A DNA stretch of 63,507 bases, filler included, from Nemertoderma westbladi (lineage: Eukaryota > Animalia > Xenacoelomorpha): assembly GCA_032718475.1 (NCBI GenBank). It is 3 parts of 3 records of this genome, joined end to end, with 100 filler letters (N's around TTAATTAATTAA, not from the genome) between each part and the next. Parts side by side here need not be neighbours in the genome. Positions count along the whole stretch, not along the records: positions 30,556 to 57,983 come from JAUCBJ010000515.1; positions 58,084 to 63,507 come from JAUCBJ010000340.1; 1 more part is not named here. The stretch is one strand, 5' to 3'. The notes beneath the pieces are model-generated. The model was not told the origin of the DNA and did not search any database. It saw only the letters and a list, made by a program, of their open reading frames with translations. This document shows positions 47,825-58,129 of this stretch, piece after piece (positions within the stretch are counted from its first letter, which is position 1; every line of letters begins with the position of its first letter). A program made the position numbers and the translations under genes.

Positions 47825-49465
47825 CTAGTGGCGTCCCATAGGATCACCTTCATCTTTATCCCAGAAGGCCCTCGCCCCGCTGGCCGTCACCACTCTCCCG
47901 CCAACCCAGTCCGTGTCTGAGTGGCCGATTCTCCCGATGGGCGGCATCTCTCCGAACTCGTCGTCATCCTCATCCTCCACTGGGAGTGGCTCCAAACCCG
48001 GTATCCCGGTAGATCCACTGTGTCCCTTCCCACCTTGGCTCTCGCCCATGACTTTCCATCCTTCCAGTTCCCCTGGCCTTCTCTTTGTGAAATCGCCCTC
48101 GGCGCCCGCTGGCATGGGTGTTGCCTGCAATCCCGATGTCAACTGTTTCGGCGATCCTTCCGTCCACCCCAACTCTCGCCCCAGAGACTTGCCCGAGCTC
48201 CCTGATGTCCATTGTAAATCGTCCAAGGCCTGGGCCTCGAACCCGTAGCCCTCTCCTCTAGCTTCCGCCTCTCTTTCGTCTGCCTCCCTCCTTTCTCGTC
48301 TAGCGATTTCTTCCAATCGCTTCTCCTCTTGTCTATCCGCCTCTAGCTTCTCCCACCTCTGATGTGGTGTATCCACCTCCCTGACTACTAGATATCGGCA
48401 GTTGTAGTATACCGACTCGCCCTTCAGCCCCGGGTGGTCTACCAGACCCTCGAAAGCCAATTTGAAGGCTCTTCTGTAGTTCAGGGGTGATCCCGATAGC
48501 AGAAACGCCGTTGGTTCTCTTTCGATAACCACGGCCATGAATAGGTTTAGTAAACCTATCATTATCCAATCCTCCTGCAGGATATATCGCTTCTGATATA
48601 TTTTTATCGCTCCTCTCTGGAATTGATACACCTCCTGTCTCCCCGGCCTCGCTCCCCACTTCAGCGAGTTCACCAACTCCGCTCCGTACTCCTCCCTGAA
48701 TTTACCCCAGTCCATTGGCTTGTGGCAGATGAGCCCCATTAGCTGGCCCATCGCCACTGCTCCACAATGTCCTGTGTTCTCTACTAGTCCCAACCCGGCT
48801 GGCCCTGTCATAGCCATGTAGACCATTTGCATGTCCAGGAGGTTGGGGGTCTCCGGACCGATGATCCTCTCCGCATCGTCGCGGATCGCCGATCCTACCT
48901 TTATCGTCGACTTCTCTCTTACTATGTTCTGCACCGCCCTTGGCAATCGGTTCAACTTCGGCCCGTTCTTCTTCCCATACGTTCCCAGATCGAACAGGAA
49001 TATGTCCCCATTTGGCGCAGCCAAATGCAGAAGTATGGTTCTGGCCGAAACCGCCGACCCTCTCCTCGAACCCTTGTCGTCTTTCATGGTCCCTTCGTCG
49101 TCTAGGACCATGTATCCTCCCCTGCTGACGGACTCTACGAACCTCTTCCAATCCTTTCTCGGTGGTTCCCTCGGATACTTTGGTATCCCAAACTTCGCCT
49201 CGTCTCCCTTGACCACGTAGTGGAAATGCTCGAGGATCGTGTTGTCTAGACGAGAAAGGAGGGAGGCAGAGAAAGAATAGGTCCCGAGCAGCCACCTCTC
49301 GTGCACCTCCCTGAAATGGTCCTGCAGCGCTCGCGCCTTGTGACCCTTCTCTAACCGCTCGTAATATCCCCTCGTCTTCTCCTCCGGATGCCTCTCGGTG
49401 AAATCTACTAGTATCTCCTTTCCACCCATTTTCGCCTTTCTCTTTCTAACAAGTTTCTCCACCAT
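47825..49465 (-). CDS. extra ORF of the BEL element: DEDDy 3'-5' exonuclease-like protein, 546 aa
   Basis: ExoI-like YMVLDDEG (D122, E124), ILLHLA..DIFLFDL, LPRAV..IKVG..IRDD (D197), LLDMQ, ExoIII-like QKRYILQED; charged coiled segment and disordered tail; no signal peptide or clear TM. Confidence 0.7.
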   Translation of the reverse strand: MVEKLVRKRKAKMGGKEILVDFTERHPEEKTRGYYERLEKGHKARALQDHFREVHERWLLGTYSFSASLLSRLDNTILEHFHYVVKGDEAKFGIPKYPREPPRKDWKRFVESVSRGGYMVLDDEGTMKDDKGSRRGSAVSARTILLHLAAPNGDIFLFDLGTYGKKNGPKLNRLPRAVQNIVREKSTIKVGSAIRDDAERIIGPETPNLLDMQMVYMAMTGPAGLGLVENTGHCGAVAMGQLMGLICHKPMDWGKFREEYGAELVNSLKWGARPGRQEVYQFQRGAIKIYQKRYILQEDWIMIGLLNLFMAVVIEREPTAFLLSGSPLNYRRAFKLAFEGLVDHPGLKGESVYYNCRYLVVREVDTPHQRWEKLEADRQEEKRLEEIARRERREADEREAEARGEGYGFEAQALDDLQWTSGSSGKSLGRELGWTEGSPKQLTSGLQATPMPAGAEGDFTKRRPGELEGWKVMGESQGGKGHSGSTGIPGLEPLPVEDEDDDEFGEMPPIGRIGHSDTDWVGGRVVTASGARAFWDKDEGDPMGRH

Positions 49466-49964
49466 TTCGAACGCTCTCTATCGCTCACCTATAAGGTGGT
49501 GCCTTGCCAAGGCTCAATATAAGTGAGTGATGTAGTTAGGATGGTCTGTATGGTCCGATAATGGCCTATCTCTCTCAGAACGCTAGGTTATCTGTTATAT
49601 TTTCCCTATTTTACCCCTTAAAGTACTAAATTTCCTAAATTCCCTAAATTTGTCAGTTACTTTTATTATCTTCTAGAATATTTTATCTACTGTTGCTATA
49701 ATTTGTTGAATTTTGATTTTTTATATTAATTTTAATTCTACAACTGTGCTATCAATACCTATAATGGATTATTTATTTTTATAACCCCTATGGTTTGTAT
49801 AAAGGATGGACTAGCTACTCCTTACTGTGCTAGTCTGCACCAGGTAACCTCCTGGCCCTGTATCAAACATTCTGACCTACTCTGCGGGCTGTGCAGTTCA
49901 GTAGTATGTCTCGTGCGGCCTACACGATCTGTGCTGCTGTATCCACGTGTCCCCCTCTCACTTC

Positions 49965-50490
49965 TCACTACTAACCCTACTAACTCTCTAACTCTACTAA
50001 CTCTTACCAACACTCTAACTAACTCCTACTAACTCTCTAACTCTACTAACTCTTACCAACACTCTAACTAACTCCTACTAACTCTTACTAACTCTTACTA
50101 ACACTCCTTCTAACTCTTACTAACTCTTACTAACACTCCTACTAACCCTTACTAACTCTTACTAACGGTACTACATGTACCCTCTTACTACTAACTAACT
50201 CCTCTAACGGTACTATGTACCCTCTTACTACCAACTAACTCCACTAACGGTACTATGTACCCTCTTACTCTCTAACTAGCTCCTCTAACGGTACTACGTA
50301 CCCTCTTCCTACTAACTAACTCCACTAACGGTACTATGTACCCTCTTACTACTAACTAACTCCACTAACGGTACTATATACCCTCTTACTACTAACTAAC
50401 TCCTCTAACGGGACTACATACCCTCTTACTACTAACTCCTCTAACTCTTACTAACGGTACTACATACCCTCTTACTACTCTTACTAACTC
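49965..50490. repeat. tandem repeats between pol and the extra ORF (ACTAAC-rich subunits and a 40-bp unit)
   Basis: 40-bp period CCTCTTACTACTAACTAACTCCACTAACGGTACTATGTAC over ~50180-50480, preceded by shorter CTAACT-rich units. Confidence 0.9.
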
Positions 50491-50671
50491 TCTAACTAAC
50501 TTCTATCTGCCTACTTACTTACTATGTACTTACTATGTACTATTACTTTCCTTTCTCTTACTCTCTTTCTATTATTTTATTATTTTTATTATTTTTTTTT
50601 TATATTTGTGTAGGAAGGGCATCTCGCCCTCAATCCCACCCCCCTCAGTCCAACACTTGGACAACTAAACA

Positions 50672-52537
50672 TTATGGTGCCCCTTCTAGCAGGCAACATT
50701 TACCTACGGCCCTCCTGTAGGTCTTCCTGTCTTTCGCTCCTATCTTACCCCCTATCCGCACTTCCACCGATCGGACTCTTCCGTCCTCGTCGGAGTAAGT
50801 GTCTACTACTCTTGCTAGCCTCCATTGATTGTTTATGATTGTGTCATCCGTGACGATCACCAAATCACCTTTCTTTAGCTCTCTAGTGGTATTTCTCCAC
50901 TTGCTCCTCCTATGCAGTGTGGGTAGGTATTCCTCGACCCACCTCCTCCAGTACTCTGCGCTTATCGCCTTAGCGACTTTCCAACTCTGTCGGGAGTGTA
51001 TGTCATCTGGGTCTACACCCCGCATGTCGATGGTCGCCAGCCTTTCCATCAGAAAATGACTGGGTGTCAACACATCTAGTGATTCTGGGTCATCATTTTC
51101 TGGATATAACGGTCTGCTATTGATGATACCCTCGCACTTAGCTAGCACCGTCCTTAGTATGTCCTCTGTCACCATGTGGGTGTTCATCAACTTCGTCATC
51201 AGACGCTTGGAACTACCCACGAGTCTCTCGACGCATCCTAAAGTATGCGGAGCATATGGCGTCCTCCTCTCCCACTTCACCTGTCGTCTCCTCATGGCTG
51301 CCCTGACTTCCTCTCCTTCCAGGATGTCCAAGGCCTCCGCCAGCTCGTTCTCCGCCCCCACAAAGTTGGTTCCATTATCGGAGTAGATCACTGCGATCGT
51401 CCCACCTTTGCGGTCTCTGAATCTCTCTAGGGCATTGATGAATGCCGATGCGGTTGCATCTTGGGCGAGTTCTATTCCTACTGCCCTCATGTTGTTACAT
51501 ACAAAGATGATGCCGTAGCGTTTCTCCGTGTGTCGCATCACCTTGATCTTTATCGGCCCGAACATATCTACGCCGCAGTGCGTGAATGGCGGGTCATGCT
51601 GTCTCACCCTACTGGCCGGTAATGGCGCCATCTCCTGTACGGCCCACTCCTTTCTCGTCCGTCGGCAGGTCTGGCACTGCCCCACTACCGCCTTCACCTT
51701 CTTTCTAGTCTGGTTGGTGCCCCCGTGCAATATCGACTTGTGGGAGTCCCAAATGATCTGATGGACCATCGGCGATCTGTTTGGGATGATAATGGGTTTC
51801 GGTGGGATGATGAGGCTGTTGTTATTCAGCACTCTGGAGTTCATTACTAGAATCCCATCACCATTGAGTTGTGGCGACAGCGTGATGAGCTCTCTGTCCC
51901 GACAAAGATGTTGTTGTTTGCTGACGTGCTCCACTTCATCGCCGTAGTTCTTTCTCTGTTCATACCGTATCATGGCCTTGGCCACTCCCTCCAGATCGAT
52001 GTTTGGTTTCCCCTTGGTGTCCTTGCCAATTCTCTTGAGGGATTCCCCGAAGGCCCTCCAGTACGCTACCAAATTCTTGGTCTTGTACCAGCTTGAGCTG
52101 TAGCTGAGTAGCCTATCCGTCGGGTTGTCGCATGGCTCTTCTAATTTTGGTTGCACCTCCCTGATCTCCCTCGCCATCTGACTATATATCTCTTCACCTT
52201 CTGAGTCTTCTCCCTCTACCTCTGGTGCTACTTCCTCTGAGCCCGGGTCCACCTTCTTCATTGGTGGCCAGGCCGTCCTATCGTTCAGGAACTGTGGCCC
52301 ATGCTGCCACAATACTTCCTTCTTTAAGAAAGTGTGGCCCCTCGATAACAAGTCCGCTGGGTTCTCGTCCGTTGGGCAGTAGTGCCACCTTTCCAACTCT
52401 GTCGTCACCCTTATTTCGTCCACCCTATTTGCGACGAATATAGGGTATCTCGTCTTCTCATTGTGTAGCCAACCGAGCACTACCATGGAGTCCGTCCAGT
52501 AGTGTGTTTCCACTATGTTGGGAATAGTGTCCATCAA
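50672..52537 (-). pseudogene. BEL pol fragment: RNase H C-terminal part and integrase
   Basis: HHCC (H..ILHGG..CQTC), GVDMFGP, SDNGTNF, ERLVG; separated from the RT fragment by frameshifts and a deletion. Confidence 0.9.
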
Positions 52538-52677
52538 GTAGGCTGTGGCCCTTACTCCTAATCTTGCAGCTGCAACTCGAGTTTCGGGACCGATGCTGAA
52601 TCTGGCGGCGTCGACTTTGCTTTCGTCGAAATTGTGATTGAATGCAAGTCTGGGCTTATGAGCCCCCTCTCGTTATA

Positions 52678-53769
52678 CTAGGTAGAGTGCCGTTCCGTAT
52701 GCTTCCAATGATGCATCGGAGAACATGTGTCCCATTCGTCCTTTAGCTTATATACTTTCTTAAGTATCTGTTTCCCTGTGACTAACAGTGGGGATGCTAG
52801 GCCTATGGGATCGTATATCCTTGCTATGTACGATACATAGCCCCTCTTTGTGTGGATGTCCGCGCCCTCCTGGCTCAGTTGGTACTTGAACTCGTCTGTC
52901 TCCCGGTTCCACACGATCCCCAGTACCTTCTGCTGAGACTCTACTCTCCTGTTCGCCATGTCCTGTCCCTTGGCTGTTGTGGGGTTATCCATGGTCGACT
53001 CTGGCCGCCTGTCCTCTATGGATTTCATAAACTCCTCCAAGCTGGATTGAAACTTGGTCAGGTTAAACCCGGATCCCTTCAGGATGTCACGAACCTCGCA
53101 CCCTGTATCCAGTAGTTCTTTAACCGTGTTTCCAGACTCCATTCCGTCGTCTACATAGAAGCCGCGTCGAATCATATCGACCGCTTTGGCGCTATACTTC
53201 CCTTCTTTCCCCTCTACTGTATTTCTTACAGCCACAGTCGTCGCAAATGAGGACGACTTGGCCCCCATGTTCTGCACCACCATCTTGTACATCGGTATTG
53301 CCGATGGTTCCTCGTCGCCGTTGTACCATAGGAAGCGCTGGCTGTCACTATCCTCCTCCGTCACACGGACTTGGTTGAACATGCCTTCAATATCGCAGGT
53401 GAAGGCGTGTCTCCCATTTCTAAATCTCAGTAGGACCTCGTTTCCCGAGTTATAGATATTGGGTTCCTCCAGCAGATAGTCGTTTAGGCACTTGCTGTTG
53501 GTTTTAGCCGATGTGTCAACTACCATCCACAATTTACCTTTCTTTGGATCTAGAGCCACGTGAAGTGGCAGGTAGTAGGTCCTGTCCGTGTTTGGTTTGT
53601 CGACCGGTAACTCCATGGCCCATCCTTTCTCGACATACTTCCTTATCGTCTTGTGAATGTACTCATCCTTCTCGGGGCTCCGCTTCAGCGTTTGCTTCAG
53701 TTTACGAAGCCTCTTGAGTACCATTCCCTTGTTATCCAGCAGCGGTAATTTTGGTTGTTTCCACACCAT
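52678..53769 (-). pseudogene. BEL pol fragment: reverse transcriptase
   Basis: CLNDYL, DIEGMFNQV, QRFLW, FYVDDG, VLGIVWN; at WD it jumps out of frame into HMFSDASLEAYG (RNase H), implying a deletion. Confidence 0.9.
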
Positions 53770-54418
53770 CCCTATCGATCATCGACTCTTTCACACTTTG
53801 CATCGCTTGTTTATCTTCTACCGAGGTTCCGACCCCGGTCTCTTTTAGTCCCTCAAAGTCCTGTCTGAGTAGTCTCCTGAGCTGCTCCTCCGCCCCTTCA
53901 TCTTCCATCTCCCTCATAGTTCCCGCGAACATGCACCCTGATGTCTCCGACATCCTAAACGGAATCTTGGTTCTAATTGGGCCGCTTAGCGTCCACCCGA
54001 ATGGTGTTAAAATTGCCATCGGGTCATGCTGTCTGTCTTCGCCGAAGACCGTCTGCATTCTCTCGTGGGCCGTCGGGCAGTCCATTCCCACTATAATGGA
54101 TACCTTCCTAACGTCCACCTCTGGTATCGAGAAATCAATGCTGTCCAGGAATCTGTATTGTTCGACCTCGATGTTGGTTGGTCGCCTGGCGTTGATATTG
54201 ATCGATTCTATCACCTGGATGGGGTCGATGGTCACCCCATAATCGCATCCCGGTGCTATCGCTGCTATCCCGCACTGTCCCGTCCTCATCTCCAGGACCT
54301 CATCTTTGCTGGAGATGGTTGTTACTGCCATCCTACTTGGCCTCGTCTTTAGTCCTATCTCTTCGGCCACCCAATTGGTTACTGATCGACCGCCTTCTCC
54401 GATCACCCTCACTGGTAC
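53732..54418 (-). pseudogene. BEL pol fragment: protease region, catalytic D(S/T)G segment apparently deleted
   Basis: Removing the Gypsy insertion restores MVLLGVVPVRVIG; IIVGMD and AILTPFGWTLSGP follow; no DSG/DTG between SVT and NWVAEEIGL. Confidence 0.75.
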
Positions 54419-54603
54419 TGTAGTGGTCAACGAAAGAATAATATAATAAAACGAAATATAATATTATTGCCTGAATAATAATGACATACTGACTAACATG
54501 ATATATGGAAAGATAAGCAGTAGGACAGAGATGAAAGGCAGTGTAGTATGAATGTTCAATCAATGAATAGTTTTGAATATCCCGCCAAAGTCTCTACCCT
54601 ACA
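54419..54603 (-). repeat. Gypsy 3' LTR
   Basis: Identical to 57596-57780 by eye; preceded on the minus strand by the PPT. Confidence 0.95.
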
Positions 54604-54631
54604 TAACCCCCCCTCCAGCGTGCAAACGCGA

Positions 54632-56700
54632 TCAGCCCGGAGAGAAGGTGGTCGGTGGGCGGAGGCGGCGGCCGAACCGGGAGAAATTGGCCAAGTCCGG
54701 GATCAGCGGCGGCGTGGACGATGACGCGATGGGCTGTGGCGCAGGTGGCAAAGAAGCGGCGTGGGCGTACGTGATGGGGGGAGGTAGACCTGATGCAGCC
54801 ATTGGTATGTGGGCGATCTTGAGCCGGTCGATGGAGACGGAGTTCTCGCGGCCGTCGAGGTCCACCACAAAGTGCTTCGCGTGGCGGGAGACAACCGGGT
54901 ACGGGCCAACATACGGGCGGTCGAGGGGGCCGCAGCGGGTGCCGCGGCGCACGAAAACGTGAGAGGCCGTAGTCAACTGCGGCGGCAGAGAGGTGGATGT
55001 CGGTGAGCCATGATACGCCGGCGGCGGGGCGGACGAGCGGAGGCGGTCGCGGAGGTCGGCAACGAAAGACGACGATGGGGGTGAAACGGCGGATGTGGCG
55101 GGCGCGACGAACTCGCCGGGAACGTGCAGCTTGGTGCCGTAAACTATGTCCGCCGGAGAGCACTCTGGGTCTTCCTTCCACGAAGTGCGGATGCCCAGCA
55201 GCACCAGGGGAAGCTCGTCCATCCACCCGGGTCCGGTGAGTTGGGCCTTCAGTGCGGCCTTGAGCTGGCGGTGCAGTCGCTCGACCATCCCATTCGCCTG
55301 CGGGTGGTAGGCCGTGGTCGTGTTCGCGGAGATGCCCAGCAGCTTGTTCAACTCCGTCCAGAGGTGTGAAGTGAACTGGGGGCCGCGATCCGAGGTGATG
55401 GCTGCGGGCACCCCGAAACGGCTGATCCAGCCTCGTAGGAGTGCACGTGCGCACGTGGCGGTTGTGGCGTCGGCGAGTGGGAGCGCCTCTGGCCAGCGGC
55501 TGAACCGGTCGATGACGGTGAATAGGTATGTGTTCCCTTCGGACGTTGGGAGGGGGCCGACCAAGTCGACGTGGAGGTTCTCAAAGCGGTTGTCGGGGGC
55601 GGCATGGCTGACGAGGGGAGCCCGAACGTGACGGGCGACCTTGGACGACTGGCAAGCAAGACATTCGTCGCAGCGACGTTTGACGTCTCGCTTCAAGTTG
55701 TGCCAAACGAACTTGGAGGAGATCGCCCGGATGGTGGGGCGGGGTCCCGGGTGTGACAGTCCGTGGATGGTTTCGAAGATGCGGCCCTGCCATTCGATGG
55801 GCACTACGGGTCGCTCCTTGCCGGTGGAGATGTCGCAGAGCACAGTGGTGTCGCCAAACGGGATGTCGGCGAAGCGGAGGCCGGTGACGGCGGTGCGGTA
55901 GGCGACGATCTCGGCGGACGTCCGTTGCGCTGCGGCGAGCGCGGCGAAGTCCACGTCGGGAGAGAGAAGGGCGGCGATGGAGCGCGGCGTGTCGATGGAG
56001 CATGGTGGGTCTCCCGAGCGGGAGAGAGCGTCTGCGACCATGTTGTCTTTGCCGGAGACGTGCCGCAGGTCCGTCGTAAATTCTGAGATGAACGAGAGGT
56101 GTCGCGTCTGCCGGGGCGACCGCTCGGCCGCACTGCTAAGGGCGAACGTGAGCGGCTTGTGGTCCGTATATATTGTGAAGCTGCGGCCCTCGACGAGGTG
56201 GCGGAAATGGCGGACGGCGCCGTACATAGCCAGCAGCTCGAGGTCGAAGGCGCTGTACTTCTTCTCCGCCGAGGACAGCTTGCGGGAGAAGAAGGCGAGA
56301 GGTTCCCATGCGGCCGATGTGGCAGTACGTTGTCCCACGACGGCTCCGATGGCGGTGGTCGAGGCGTCGCACGTGAGTGAGAACTGGGCCGTCCGGGACG
56401 GGTGGACGAGCATGGTGGCGTTGGCCAGGGCCGCCTTGGCCGCAGCGAAGGCGGAGGAGCAGTCGGATGACCAGGTAAAGACCGACCCGGCGGCGCCGGA
56501 GGCGCCGCCGGGAGGCCGTTGGCCGTCGGAGGCCGTTGGCCGCGATGAGGGGGGCGGTGGCCGGTCGCTTGCGGGCGGCGGCGTCGGCCGGGAGAACCGA
56601 CACCTCCGCTCCGCAGTCCACGAGGTAGACTATGCCTTGGTCGTCTCGCACCATGACAGTCTTCTTGGCTTGCCCCCGGGGAACGCCGACCGCCTGGGCT
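54632..56700 (-). pseudogene. Gypsy pol remnant: protease N-terminus joined to RNase H and integrase
   Basis: YLVDCGAEVSVLP..LIAANG, then a jump to FTWSSDC..LTCDAS..YSAFDLELLA..TDHKPL..ADALSR; integrase HVDLVGP, SDRGPQF, ERLH; GPY motif; no YxDD. Confidence 0.9.
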
Positions 56701-56723
56701 AGCGGCCGGCGTTGGCGTTTCCC
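56672..56723 (-). promoter_or_regulatory. programmed -1 ribosomal frameshift signal (slippery G GGA AAC + predicted H-type pseudoknot)
   Basis: GGGAAAC at the end of gag; the -1 frame continues into the protease; stem AACGCCGGCCGC / GCGGTCGGCGTT with loop GCCC able to pair with a downstream GGGC. Confidence 0.75.
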
Positions 56724-57535
56724 GACCTCGATGCGGGATGAGAACCGTCGGCCGGGCAGTCGATGGTGATGGGAACGGCCGAAGACGAAGGACACCTGCC
56801 GCGTTCGCAGCGGCGGGCTGCCGGACCGAAACGCCGGTGGTACCAGCATGTGCCGCTCGGGTTGTCGGCGGTGTTGCGCTGCTGCTGTGGCTGCGTGGTG
56901 GAACGACGGCCGATGACCGAGATCCTGGCAGTGGGGACGGTAGAAGAGGAGCGGGCCTCCAAGATGCGGTCAGCGTCGACGGCGAGTGCATTGAGGTCCG
57001 TTTGGTTCGACCCGGCGAGGACGCCCCGGACCTCGGCCGGCAGCTGGGCCAGGAAGATGGCCCGCAGGAGCGTTTCCGGGTCGGCATTGAGGCCTCTAAT
57101 GTGCCGGAGGAGGCCGGTTGGCTTGCGGTCGCCGAGGCCGGCCAGCGAGAGAAGTTCCGCATCTTTGCTCGCCTGGGTGCGGCCGAAGGCCCTGCAGAGG
57201 GCGGTCTTGATGCCGTCGTACAGGTCGTTGGCCGGGGGGTTGATGATGTCGGACCGGACCTCCGCGGCGACGGCGTTGTCAAGGCACGCGATGATGTGGT
57301 TGTACTTGGTGCTGTCCACCGTGATCCCCTTGACGGCGAATTGGGCCTCCACCTGCCGGAACCAAACCTCCGGGTCGGAAGTCCAGAACGGAGGCAGTTT
57401 GAGAGCGACCGCAGAGATGGCGGCTGGGGTAGCCAGGGCGGCTTTTGCGCCGGTGGGGTTGGCGGCCAAGGAGGCGGCCATGGCGGCAGCGGCGGCTTCG
57501 GCGAAGGCCTGATGTTCCTCGCGGGTAAGAGGCAT
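56699..57535 (-). CDS. Gypsy Gag, ~278 aa
   Basis: KLPPFWTSDPEVWFRQVEAQF, LGDRKPT and C-terminal CWYHRRFG..C..C motifs; uninterrupted. Confidence 0.88.
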   Translation of the reverse strand: MPLTREEHQAFAEAAAAAMAASLAANPTGAKAALATPAAISAVALKLPPFWTSDPEVWFRQVEAQFAVKGITVDSTKYNHIIACLDNAVAAEVRSDIINPPANDLYDGIKTALCRAFGRTQASKDAELLSLAGLGDRKPTGLLRHIRGLNADPETLLRAIFLAQLPAEVRGVLAGSNQTDLNALAVDADRILEARSSSTVPTARISVIGRRSTTQPQQQRNTADNPSGTCWYHRRFGPAARRCERGRCPSSSAVPITIDCPADGSHPASRSGNANAGR

Positions 57536-57585
57536 GAGGACGAAGTAGGCGGGGAAAATAATCAGGAAAGGGAGTCTGAATCTCC

Positions 57586-57594
57586 GGGTCACCA
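57586..57594 (-). promoter_or_regulatory. primer binding site, tRNA-Trp-like
   Basis: TGGTGACCC one base after the 5' LTR, complementary to the GGGUCACCA 3' end of tRNA-Trp. Confidence 0.7.
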
Positions 57595-57595
57595 A

Positions 57596-57780
57596 TGTAG
57601 TGGTCAACGAAAGAATAATATAATAAAACGAAATATAATATTATTGCCTGAATAATAATGACATACTGACTAACATGATATATGGAAAGATAAGCAGTAG
57701 GACAGAGATGAAAGGCAGTGTAGTATGAATGTTCAATCAATGAATAGTTTTGAATATCCCGCCAAAGTCTCTACCCTACA
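57596..57780 (-). repeat. Gypsy 5' LTR
   Basis: Identical to 54419-54603; followed by the PBS. Confidence 0.95.
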
Positions 57781-57983
57781 GTACCACCCCGAGTAGTACC
57801 ATTCCTCTTTTCTTCGCCCCTACGGTGCTTGTCGCCATTGTCTGCCCTTTGCCTTGACCGAACTTAATTGGTGTTTCTTTGCATTGATCAGCTCTGTGTC
57901 CGCCCGCCACACATATGACAGATTCCACTCTTCCTTGCATATTCTACCTGATCTTGTTTGGGCAACGCTTGCCAATATCTGCA

Positions 57984-58083
57984 NNNNNNNNNNNNNNNNN
58001 NNNNNNNNNNNNNNNNNNNNNNNNNNNTTAATTAATTAANNNNNNNNNNNNNNNNNNNNNNNNNNNNNNNNNNNNNNNNNNNN
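57984..58083. other. assembly gap with artificial stop linker
   Basis: N44-TTAATTAATTAA-N44. Confidence 0.97.
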
Positions 58084-58129
58084 TAGTAGTCATATGATTC
58101 TTCATATGATTCTGTTGTTGTGTTCCCAT

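Larger units (their letters stand above)
54419..57780 (-). mobile_element. Gypsy/Ty3 LTR retrotransposon, RT-deleted, 3362 bp
   Basis: Two identical 185-bp TG..CA LTRs; 4-bp TSD GTAC (54415-54418, 57781-57784); PBS TGGTGACCC; PPT GGAGGGGGGG; gag plus RNase H-integrase. Confidence 0.95.
46227..57983 (-). mobile_element. decayed BEL/Pao LTR retrotransposon, 5' part truncated by the gap, interrupted by a Gypsy element at 54419-57780
   Basis: BEL-type motifs YYLPLH, LLRFR..CDIEGMFNQV, FYVDD, IYDPIG, WTDSMVVLGW, FVANRV, WHYCPTDENPADLLSRG and an integrase with FWxRW-like tail (YWRRWVEEYLP); PPT and 3' LTR present. Confidence 0.88.

Noticed and set aside
47825-49465. Extra BEL ORF as an envelope glycoprotein
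   Set aside because: No signal peptide, no C-terminal TM anchor, few Cys; exonuclease-like motifs instead
54573-57740. Many overlapping long ORFs on both strands in the Gypsy interior
   Set aside because: Shadow frames caused by high GC; only the gag and pol frames have recognisable motifs
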